From IMG/VR virus record IMGVR_UViG_3300045988_081107, positions 1 to 41,549 of that record: DNA of 41,549 nt; one strand, given 5' to 3'. The stretch is from a virus. Below are positions 1 through 6,959 of this stretch, one piece after another (positions within the stretch are counted from its first letter, which is position 1; each line of letters starts with the position of its first letter). The notes beneath the pieces are model-generated. The model searched no databases. It was not told where the DNA came from and was given only the letters and a program-made list of their open reading frames with translations. A program made the position numbers and the translations under genes.

Positions 1-112
1 GCTTCGCCCATCGCATACGGCGGTGGGATGGCATAACGCAAAACTGAAAGGAGTTTTGTTATGGACGATTTTGCAACTGGCTATCTGGCTGGGCAGGACG
101 GCGGCAATAACA
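1..112. repeat. Terminal direct repeat, left copy (identical to 41438-41549); marks circular closure of the contig
   Basis: Bases 1-112 (gcttcgcccatcgcatacgg...gcggcaataaca) recur base for base at 41438-41549. Unit length is 41437 bp. Confidence 0.95.
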
Positions 113-933
113 ACGGCGGATTCTTCGGCAACGAAGGTCTGTGGGCGGTTATCATCCTCGCCATCATCTTCGGCTGGGGCAACTACGGCAACGGGCGCAA
201 CGGCAGCGACAACGGTATGGCGAACTACATCCCGTATCTTGTAGGCACCGGCGCAACCGGTCAGGGCGGCGCAGACACTCGTGCGGCTCTGTCTGATGGC
301 TTCAACCAGCAGAATACCTCCCGCTCTCTGGCGGGCATCCAGAGCGGTATCTGCTCTCTGGGCTATGACCAGCTGGCACAGATGAACGGCGTCAACACCA
401 ACATCTCGAACGGCTTTGCAGGCGTGAACAGCGCCATCTGTCAGCTTGGCTACCAGAACGCACAGCTCGTGAACGGTCTGGAACGCAGTGTGTCCAATGG
501 CGACAACGCCATCAGCCTTGCCATCATGCAGGAGGGCAACGCACGACAGGCCGGTCATACCGCACTTGCCACGCAGCTTGCATCCTGCTGCTGCGAGAAC
601 AAGCAGCTGATCGGCGACCTGAAGTATACCATCGCAACGGAGGACTGCGCTACCCGTCAGGCTATCGCAGACAACGCCCGCGCCATCGTGGACAACTGCA
701 ACGCCAACTTCCGCAGCATGATGGACTACTTCACGCAGGACAAGATTGCCACTCTGACCGCTGAGAACCAGAGCCTGAAGTTTGCCGCTTCTCAGGATCG
801 GCAGAATGCGCTTCTGACCACCGTGATGTCTCAGCAGACCGATACCATCCTGAACCGGGTCAATCCTCGTCCGATTCCCGCTTATCAGGTGGCAAACCCC
901 AACGTGGGCGTGAACTGCTGCGGCTGCTGCTAA
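61..933 (+). CDS. Hypothetical membrane-anchored Cys-rich protein (cassette gene 3)
   Basis: The ATG lies 8 nt after AAGGAG; 290 aa. A Gly/Asn-rich N-terminus is followed by one hydrophobic helix (LWAVIILAIIFGW). There is an internal duplicated motif (SGICSLGYDQLAQMNG / SAICQLGYQNAQLVNG) and Cys clusters (SCCCE, C-terminal VNCCGCC). A hairpin plus T-run follows at 969-1004. Confidence 0.8.
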   Translation: MDDFATGYLAGQDGGNNNGGFFGNEGLWAVIILAIIFGWGNYGNGRNGSDNGMANYIPYLVGTGATGQGGADTRAALSDGFNQQNTSRSLAGIQSGICSLGYDQLAQMNGVNTNISNGFAGVNSAICQLGYQNAQLVNGLERSVSNGDNAISLAIMQEGNARQAGHTALATQLASCCCENKQLIGDLKYTIATEDCATRQAIADNARAIVDNCNANFRSMMDYFTQDKIATLTAENQSLKFAASQDRQNALLTTVMSQQTDTILNRVNPRPIPAYQVANPNVGVNCCGCC

Positions 934-968
934 CCAACACACTCCCTGATAACACCGGGTGAACCATC

Positions 969-1004
969 GGGGCAGGGGTAAGACACCTCTGCCCCTGATT
1001 TTTT
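969..1004 (+). terminator. Intrinsic terminator or attenuator inside the cassette
   Basis: GGGGCAG (969-975) pairs with CTGCCCC (989-995), followed by TGATTTTTT. It sits directly upstream of the AGGAGG RBS of the next gene. Confidence 0.6.
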
Positions 1005-1018
1005 AGGAGGAAAACAAT

Positions 1019-1390
1019 ATGGCTTGCAAAACAAGCTGCAAACTCTGCCCGCACTTGGTCATCAGTCAGGCGGTCACGTTCGCCAACGACACGCTGACCA
1101 TCAACATCCCTGCTGGCTCTTACGCAGCGGGAGAAAAATATTGTCTGGTCATTGCTCAGGCTTTGCCGGACACGACCACCATCAACGCCCCTGTGGTCAT
1201 TACCATTGGCGCAGGCACTACCGCATACCCTCTGACCGATTGCAACTGCGCTCAGGCAACCGCTGAGAGTATTCACACTCGCACCCGCTACGCTACCCGT
1301 GTGGCAACATCTGCGACCGGCACAGGCACGTTCAAGTATCTTGGCTGCTTCTGCCGTTCCCACGCTGATGCGCCCGCGTCCATTTCTTGA
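1019..1390 (+). CDS. Hypothetical small beta-rich protein with Cys-rich N- and C-termini (cassette gene 4)
   Basis: AGGAGG RBS 8 nt upstream; 123 aa. It has an N-terminal MACKTSCKLCP, a core of alternating hydrophobic/polar residues, and C-terminal CNC...LGCFC. Confidence 0.75.
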   Translation: MACKTSCKLCPHLVISQAVTFANDTLTINIPAGSYAAGEKYCLVIAQALPDTTTINAPVVITIGAGTTAYPLTDCNCAQATAESIHTRTRYATRVATSATGTGTFKYLGCFCRSHADAPASIS

Positions 1391-1403
1391 GGAGGTATAG
1401 ATT

Positions 1404-2045
1404 ATGGGCAAGACTAATTTTCGCCGCATGATGATGCTCCGTGACCACGACAAAAACCGTGAGCCGGAACGCGACCGCCTTGAGGAAGAGCGTGACCGCA
1501 GGGAACGCGAACTGGAACGCCGTCTGCGTAAGCTGGAAGGTGGCAACGACCGCTATCCCTACTATCCGCAGGAGGAGAACCGCTACATCGACCCTTACCC
1601 TATCCCCCGCTACCCTGACGTAGAGTATGCGCGCAAGATGCCGCAAATCGGCTTCTCGCAGAGCGATGACTGGGACAAGCGGTCTGGGCAGTACGAGCGT
1701 GGCGGCGCAGACAGCCGCTCCATCAAGATGCCACGTCAGCACCTCACTCACGATGAAGCGGAGGAATGGTGCGACAGCATGGTGAATGCTGACGGCACAA
1801 AGGGCTGTCACTGGACGCTGGAACAGACGCAGGACGTTGCCAAGCAACGCGGTATAACCTGCGATAAAAACGACTTTTGGGCTACGATGAACATGATGTA
1901 CAGCGACTACGGCAAAGTCGCAAAAATGTACAGCGTGGACAACACCAACTTCTACGCTGACATGGCCGCAGCGTTTTTGCAGGACAAAGACGCTGTGGAT
2001 GACAAGCTGGTCGAATACTGGGAGCGCATCGTAGAGCACGCGTAA
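1404..2045 (+). CDS. Hypothetical protein with a charged coiled N-terminus, a Tyr/Pro-rich linker and a globular C-terminal half (cassette gene 5)
   Basis: GAGGAGG RBS; 213 aa. It contains RDRLEEERDRRERELERRLRKLE, then RYPYYPQEENRYIDPYPIPRYPD. The C-terminal half contains FWATMNMMYSDYGKVAKMY. Confidence 0.8.
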   Translation: MGKTNFRRMMMLRDHDKNREPERDRLEEERDRRERELERRLRKLEGGNDRYPYYPQEENRYIDPYPIPRYPDVEYARKMPQIGFSQSDDWDKRSGQYERGGADSRSIKMPRQHLTHDEAEEWCDSMVNADGTKGCHWTLEQTQDVAKQRGITCDKNDFWATMNMMYSDYGKVAKMYSVDNTNFYADMAAAFLQDKDAVDDKLVEYWERIVEHA

Positions 2046-2132
2046 AGACCGCAGACTTTTTGCAGACTTTCGGATAGCAATTAAGTGCAAATATCGGTTA
2101 GTATTCGATAGTATCCGAAATACCGCAAACAC

Positions 2133-2181
2133 AAAAAATCCGCATGAACACTGGATTTTCCAGCATTCATGCGGATTTTTG
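2133..2181 (+). terminator. Bidirectional intrinsic terminator closing the cassette
   Basis: AAAAAATCCGCATGAA (2133-2148) pairs with TTCATGCGGATTTTT (2166-2180). An inner CTGG/CCAG hairpin is present. An A-run lies upstream and a T-run downstream. Confidence 0.8.
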
Positions 2182-2186
2182 CGTTA

Positions 2187-2212
2187 TGCAGAAGAAGGGA
2201 CTTGAACCCTAC
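2187..2212 (-). other. Probable attP core: a fragment identical in form to a tRNA 3' end
   Basis: The reverse complement reads AGGGTTCAAGTCCCT-TCTTCTGC-A. This is a T-stem/T-loop (GGTTCAAGTCC) plus a 7-nt acceptor strand plus a discriminator. There is no 5' half, and it lies 50 nt from the stop codon (3' end) of the integrase gene. Confidence 0.55.
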
Positions 2213-2262
2213 TTTTTTGGCGTTTAAACATAACAATTTCTATTTTGCAGACTTATTGCAGA

Positions 2263-3417
2263 CTATTTTTCACGGTTCGAAACGTAGTCGTCCAAGCGGG
2301 CGATATATTTTTTATCTTCTTCGTCGCGGAACTGCTGATATACCCGGCGGGTGGTCATTATATCCGCGTGTCCCATCAACTTTTGCGCCACCTTATCCGG
2401 CACGCCTGCATAGAAGAGGTTTGACGCATACAGGTGCCGGAACTGGTGGGCGGTAACGGTGGCTTTGTAGACTTTTCTTTGCGTTATGTGTTCCGGGGTG
2501 TTTCCGGTTTGAGGTATCTTTGCCAGGTGTGTGTACCACTCTGCCAGACCGATGCTCCGGCAATACGAAATCCAGCGGTTGTTATACCCGGACTGAGTAA
2601 GCGGGGCTTCGCTGCCTGACATCACATAATCTGTCGGCTTGCATCTTTTTTGGTGCTCGAGCAGTGCCGGCTTGAACGGCGTCAAGATCGGCACATCGCG
2701 ATAGCCGTTTTTGGTTTTAGGTGTTTCGAGGTATGGCTGGTTTTTGTGCCACGGCATGGCGCGGCTCACATGGATCACGCCGGCGTCAAAGTCCACATCC
2801 TTCCACTGCAGACCGTTCGCCTCGCCGATACGCAGCCCGGTATACTCGAAAAGCTGCGCCCAAAAACCGCAGCCTTCCGGGTGCGCGTGAATCACGCGCT
2901 GTTGTTCGGGCGTTGGCTCTTCTCTGCTGCCCCGCTTCATCCCGGCGGGTGGCGATGCCAGCAGAACAGGATCGCCAGCGCCGTGATAGTTTGCGCACCA
3001 GAACTTGAACACACAGCTTAACACGCTTTTGGCGTTGGTGATGGTGTGCAAAGCCTTGCCATTGGTTTTCATCCGCTCCATATAGCTGCATACCGCCTGC
3101 GTGTCAATATCCTGCATGGGGGTATCTCCAAAATAGCTTATAAAGTTCGCCAGATACCTTTTGTATGCCGTTATCGTGCTGCGCTTTATGGGCGTCCCGT
3201 CCCCTGTGATGTAGTTTTCGTATGCTTGTGCCATCTCCCGGAAGGTGGCACCGCCGTTATTTTTGCTTTCTTCCAGTGTTGCCTGCCGGTAGGCTTCTTC
3301 ATACTTTGCGGTCGCTTCGGCAACCGTGGCGCCCAGGAAGTGCTTATATTTTCCGTCCGGCATTTTGCGCTTGATCTCATACCGGCCGTCAGCGCGTTTC
3401 GTTCTTTTTCTTGGCAT
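2263..3417 (-). CDS. int: Tyrosine recombinase (phage integrase)
   Basis: 384 aa. The C-terminal catalytic region has HQFRHLYASNL...LMGHADIMTTRRVY (R-H-R-Y type signature). It is adjacent to the tRNA-like attP fragment. Confidence 0.93.
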   Translation of the reverse strand: MPRKRTKRADGRYEIKRKMPDGKYKHFLGATVAEATAKYEEAYRQATLEESKNNGGATFREMAQAYENYITGDGTPIKRSTITAYKRYLANFISYFGDTPMQDIDTQAVCSYMERMKTNGKALHTITNAKSVLSCVFKFWCANYHGAGDPVLLASPPAGMKRGSREEPTPEQQRVIHAHPEGCGFWAQLFEYTGLRIGEANGLQWKDVDFDAGVIHVSRAMPWHKNQPYLETPKTKNGYRDVPILTPFKPALLEHQKRCKPTDYVMSGSEAPLTQSGYNNRWISYCRSIGLAEWYTHLAKIPQTGNTPEHITQRKVYKATVTAHQFRHLYASNLFYAGVPDKVAQKLMGHADIMTTRRVYQQFRDEEDKKYIARLDDYVSNREK

Positions 3418-4006
3418 CCTCTATCGCCTCCTTGTTTATGGAGTAGACATCTTCCGTATTTTTTGCTGCCGCCATTCCGCAGTCGCGCGCCTGACACAGC
3501 ATTTCAATATTCGGCTGCAACCCTTCGGGATCTACGTCCGTTTTTGTGGCAGTGGCAATCTCGTAGTGGCTCAGAATCGTATTGACCACGGCCACCCTAT
3601 CCCGCAGCGGCGTGTGCAGGTTGGCCACCATTTCGGTAAGCACGCTCAGATGGTCCGACCCGTGCGCGCCGTAGCGGATGTACAAGAGCGTGTCTACCTC
3701 GTATGCGCTGCATTCTTCGATGGCCTCGTGCAGAATTCGACGTTTTTCTTTGTCGGTGGGGTCATCTTCCAGCCGTTCCAGCAGCCCCGGGTGAATGCAG
3801 GAATCCAGATACCGTTCCAGTGAAACCCCGCAGCCCACGAACCACTGCATCATCATGGGAAAGGAGATCGCGTTGATTCCCTGTTCCCACTTAATTACGC
3901 TTTGTCGGCTTACGCCCATTCGTTTCGCAAGTGTGGCTTGGCTGATTCCGGCCTCTGCCCTTGCTTTTTCCAATGTTTCCGCAACACGCAAAACCCAATC
4001 ATCCAT
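3389..4006 (-). CDS. XRE-family HTH repressor-like protein with a long C-terminal domain
   Basis: I placed the start at the internal ATG 4006 (MDDWVLRV...), preceded by GGGGATG. The HTH is ISQATLAKRMGVSRQSVIKWEQG. 205 aa; overlaps the int start by 29 nt. No S24 peptidase motif is seen. Confidence 0.8.
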   Translation of the reverse strand: MDDWVLRVAETLEKARAEAGISQATLAKRMGVSRQSVIKWEQGINAISFPMMMQWFVGCGVSLERYLDSCIHPGLLERLEDDPTDKEKRRILHEAIEECSAYEVDTLLYIRYGAHGSDHLSVLTEMVANLHTPLRDRVAVVNTILSHYEIATATKTDVDPEGLQPNIEMLCQARDCGMAAAKNTEDVYSINKEAIEDAKKKNETR

Positions 4007-4025
4007 TCCCAAACATCCCCTTTTT

Positions 4026-4102
4026 TTCGACAATTTCACAAAATTCGACTGATTTCCCGTCTTTTTTGGTTTACCATAAACTTCCAAAATTTGATGTCGA
4101 AT
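4026..4102. promoter_or_regulatory. Candidate operator set in the divergent intergenic region
   Basis: TTCGACA at 4026-4032, TTCGACT at 4044-4050 and inverted TTCGACA (GTCGAAT on +) at 4096-4102. They lie between the divergent starts at 4006 and 4164. Confidence 0.35.
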
Positions 4103-4163
4103 CTGTTCCTTTTTCCGTGTTATAACATAATTGTCAAAAAAATCCAGAAGGAGTGAAAAAATA

Positions 4164-4277
4164 ATGGATAACATCAAGGTTCTGAGCGAAATCCCGGAAG
4201 ATATGGTAATCATTGACGGTATGCCGGCATCCAAACCGCAGAACGCTGATGGAAGCCGCAAACCGTGGGAGGGTTAA
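4164..4277 (+). CDS. Hypothetical 37-aa protein
   Basis: GAAGGAG lies 10 nt upstream of the ATG. It translates to MDNIKVLSEIPEDMVIIDGMPASKPQNADGSRKPWEG. It is below the ORF-track cutoff and divergent from the repressor. Confidence 0.45.
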   Translation: MDNIKVLSEIPEDMVIIDGMPASKPQNADGSRKPWEG

Positions 4278-4281
4278 GCTT

Positions 4282-4530
4282 ATGATCAACACAAATACCA
4301 AGGAAGCTATGCTCTACGCCTACGCACAGAACGACGTGCGCAAGCTTGTCTATCATCTCTCGCAGGCCGGGTCTGATGGGTCTGCCTATGATGCAGCCTT
4401 CCAAATCCTGAAAGCTGCCATTAAGGATCACGACGCCGGCCACGACCCCGGGGCGCGGTATCGCAATATCAATGGGCGCATCGTTGCAGTGCCGGCAGCT
4501 TCCCCTTGTCCGTGTGAGCAAAAAGATTAA
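4282..4530 (+). CDS. Hypothetical 82-aa early protein
   Basis: Internal ATG at 4282, preceded by GGGAGG. It is followed by a palindromic terminator at 4558. Confidence 0.6.
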   Translation: MINTNTKEAMLYAYAQNDVRKLVYHLSQAGSDGSAYDAAFQILKAAIKDHDAGHDPGARYRNINGRIVAVPAASPCPCEQKD

Positions 4531-4557
4531 CCGCGCAGTTAATTTTGTCGGGCGTTC

Positions 4558-4590
4558 AAGGTGTCCACTGTGGACACCTTGTTTATTTTA
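4558..4590 (+). terminator. Intrinsic terminator built on the palindrome GGTGTCCACTGTGGACACC
   Basis: AAGGTGTCCAC-T-GTGGACACCTT (4558-4580) followed by GTTTATTTT. Confidence 0.75.
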
Positions 4591-4649
4591 CAGCATTTTC
4601 TTTAATCGCATAAAAATCTTCTAAGCTTCTATTCCCTAGGCCGAACGTA

Positions 4650-6077
4650 TTAGTTACGCAGTGCTTTTTCACGCACTTCCGGTGTAACAGCTTTCAGCAA
4701 ATCATAGAGGTCAATAATATCGGTGATTGCCTGCCGGTCCTGCCCCGTCCATGTGTAATCGAACTTGTTGTAATCCACGCCCTCAAAACGCATGATAACG
4801 GTATTGGCGCTCAAAAGGTTCCGCAGCCATTCAACTTCACTGTCTTCCATTTCAAAGACAGCTCCTGCAAACCACTTGCCAAGCTTTTTGTCATATCCGT
4901 AAGCGGAGTTGTCATAACCGCAAGTGTAAGTGTACTTATAATCTCCACCGCGCAGAATGATGTCATCGATATCCAGCTTGGAAGAGCCCATGTAAGTAAA
5001 ATCTTCCCAGAAAACAATCGTGTTCCCCTTGTCCCAGATATAAAGGTTGGGGCCAATGCCACACGTCTTGCGCTTGTCGAGGTTGTCATAATGCGGGGTT
5101 GTAATCGCCCAGCGGTCTTCTACTGCATCGTAGTTGACATTGCACTTTGCAAGTGCATCCTGAATACCAAGAATCTGCTGTGCTTCTGCTAGCACACCAA
5201 AATTGGTGACAGCAGCTTTTCCCGCATCATCCAATTGGTTGTAGGCATCCAAAGCGGCCACGATTGCCGCGCGTCTGCTGCGCGTGACAGTGCCGATCTG
5301 GCTGATCAGTGCTTCTACCTGCTCCGGGGTTACAGCATCATTCTGAGCATCAATAAAATCGTTTTCTGTTGGTGCGTTTTCCGACATGACAGCTTTTGCG
5401 GCCGTTACACGCTCTTCAACAGTAGCGCTTTGCAGCAGGTTATACAGGTTGATGATATCTGTCATGCCTTGTCGGCTTTCGCTATCGATGATCGTGGTCT
5501 GCGTTCTTTGCGTTCCGTTGACCTTTGCGCCATTGAAACGCAGATATGCAGTGTCGGCACTCAGAATGCGGCTCAGGCAGTCCATATCCTCGTCGTTCCC
5601 GCCAAAGGATACCTCTTCATAAAAAATCCGGTCATCGGGATAGTACTGGCGCGAAACTTTTTTAAACTTGTAGTTCGTCTGACTGGTATAATTATTGTAT
5701 TCGCCAATCAGAACATCTACATCGTTCCAGTAAAAATAGCCTTCGGTGTCCTGGGATGTAAAACTCATACCAAACCGGACTGTATCACCATATAAATACG
5801 CATACGGCATCAGGTAACTTCTATTGTTGTCTGTTTCGTAATCTTCATAAGCGGATTCAAAAAGCCAGATGCCATCCTCGTATGATACATCAATGTTAGC
5901 CAGTGCGTCTTTGATTGCCTGCACCTTGTCGGCATTCACGTCATTCTGCTGCGCAAGCACCGCAAAGGGAACGTCCCCGGCGGGGCTGGCGGCCAGCGCG
6001 GGCAATGCAGTACCTGCCATCAGCGCAGCCGCAATTGCGCCCGCCACAATAACTTTGCATTTTTCAGCAATTTTCAT
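4650..6077 (-). CDS. Secreted protein with two tandem homologous domains (lysogeny-module accessory gene)
   Basis: 475 aa. The signal peptide is MKIAEKCKVIVAGAIAAALMAGTALPALA|AS, with no lipobox Cys. Residues about 50-222 and about 300-466 are paralogous: IKDALANIDVSYEDG / IQDALAKCNVNYDAVEDR, LSADTAYLRFNG / LSANTVIMRFEG, RQGMTDIINLYNLL / RQAITDIIDLYDLL. Confidence 0.85.
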   Translation of the reverse strand: MKIAEKCKVIVAGAIAAALMAGTALPALAASPAGDVPFAVLAQQNDVNADKVQAIKDALANIDVSYEDGIWLFESAYEDYETDNNRSYLMPYAYLYGDTVRFGMSFTSQDTEGYFYWNDVDVLIGEYNNYTSQTNYKFKKVSRQYYPDDRIFYEEVSFGGNDEDMDCLSRILSADTAYLRFNGAKVNGTQRTQTTIIDSESRQGMTDIINLYNLLQSATVEERVTAAKAVMSENAPTENDFIDAQNDAVTPEQVEALISQIGTVTRSRRAAIVAALDAYNQLDDAGKAAVTNFGVLAEAQQILGIQDALAKCNVNYDAVEDRWAITTPHYDNLDKRKTCGIGPNLYIWDKGNTIVFWEDFTYMGSSKLDIDDIILRGGDYKYTYTCGYDNSAYGYDKKLGKWFAGAVFEMEDSEVEWLRNLLSANTVIMRFEGVDYNKFDYTWTGQDRQAITDIIDLYDLLKAVTPEVREKALRN

Positions 6078-6158
6078 TCGAAATCCCTCTTTCCTCTTGA
6101 TTTCAGCCTATAGCCGTTGTAATATAAAATCGCAAATACAACAAAAGGAAGTGTTACA

Positions 6159-6284
6159 GTGACCGTTAAAGACATTTTGGACTTTTTGGACGAACATCCA
6201 GAGCTTTTAGATGAAACTCTCGCATTTTTGAAAAAGCGAAAAGCCGAAAAGCTCAAAAACGAATCGGTCACTTCTTTGCTTTAG
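6159..6284 (+). CDS. Possible 41-aa ORF antisense to the XRE/secreted-protein intergenic region
   Basis: GTG start 7 nt after AAGGAAG. It gives a helical-looking peptide, VTVKDILDFLDEHPELLDETLAFLKKRKAEKLKNESVTSLL. It overlaps the stop of the minus-strand XRE gene by 17 nt. Confidence 0.25.
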   Translation: MTVKDILDFLDEHPELLDETLAFLKKRKAEKLKNESVTSLL

Positions 6285-6582
6285 ACTTGAGCAAAGTAAA
6301 AAGTGCATCGATTTCCTCTTGGCTCATATCATCCATTAACTCAACGACCTGCTTTTTCACATCATCGAGCTCGCCCATCCCGGCGGGCTCTTTTTTTGCG
6401 CCCATAAGCTCTTCAACGGTAATGCCAAAGTAGTCAGCAATCTTTTTGCGGCTTGCCACCCTAGGAAGTGAACCGTTTTTCCAACTGGTGACCGCAGACT
6501 TATTAAATCCAAGTTCTTCCGCCACATACGATGGATACTTTTCGATTTTCTCACACTCTCGCACGAAATTTTCCCAGAACAA
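6268..6582 (-). CDS. XRE-family HTH repressor-like protein (104 aa)
   Basis: I placed the start at TTG 6582, 8 nt after AGGAGG (the track ORF runs upstream without an RBS). The HTH is YPSYVAEELGFNKSAVTSWKNG. It lies upstream of, and co-oriented with, the secreted protein gene. Confidence 0.8.
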   Translation of the reverse strand: MFWENFVRECEKIEKYPSYVAEELGFNKSAVTSWKNGSLPRVASRKKIADYFGITVEELMGAKKEPAGMGELDDVKKQVVELMDDMSQEEIDALFTLLKSKAKK

Positions 6583-6615
6583 AATTGTCACCTCCTTTTT
6601 GTTAATTTTGCTGAA

Positions 6616-6669
6616 AATCCAACTGTATGCAAATAATGCCTTTACAGTTGGATGCAGTTGGATTATAAT
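6616..6669. promoter_or_regulatory. Genetic-switch region: three 10-bp operator repeats overlapping a near-consensus rightward promoter
   Basis: AATCCAACTG at 6616-6625 is the inverse of CAGTTGGATT. CAGTTGGAT is at 6645-6653 and CAGTTGGATT at 6655-6664. On the + strand, TTTACA (6641-6646), a 17-nt spacer and TATAAT (6664-6669) form a promoter. Confidence 0.7.
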
Positions 6670-6959
6670 AAAACCATACCGAGCGGTTGAAGAAGTCCCC
6701 ATACTCTCCGATCGCTTCCGGTAATTCACAGGGCTGCCACGCAGCAGGGGTTCTTCCCCCACACCGTCCTGTTGATCAGGTGCCTATGCGCGGGCACCGG
6801 GTGCAAAAAGCAGAGGGTCGCGCGTACCTTCCGATCTGCTTTCTGCCCTAAACCCAAAAATGTTGCCAAGAGTAAAAATGATAACCGCAATATCATTTTA
6901 CACCATCTTGTATGGCTTGGCAATGTTTTTATAGCGATATTTTGAAATGATTTTCAACC

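Noticed and set aside
1-112. 112-bp repeat as a biological direct terminal repeat, or as the ends of a mobile element
   Set aside because: It cuts through the RBS and 5' codons of a gene and has no distinguishing sequence features. An assembly overlap of a circular or permuted genome is the simpler explanation. Only read-level data can settle this.
860-2132. Minus-strand ORFs 860-1546 and 1332-2132 across the cassette
   Set aside because: The Arg/Ser-rich products have no RBS. The + strand genes each have AGGAGG-type RBSs and tight spacing.
2650-3585. Several + strand ORFs (2650-3021, 2721-3008, 3046-3585, 3326-3823) opposite int and the repressor
   Set aside because: They lie antisense to genes with clear catalytic or HTH motifs. 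They have no RBS and Arg/Pro/Ala-rich compositions.
6726-6923. 65-aa minus-strand ORF in the leader between the switch promoter and the Cro-like gene
   Set aside because: It has no RBS and would be antisense to the rightward transcript. The region is better explained as a structured leader, although a small gene cannot be excluded.
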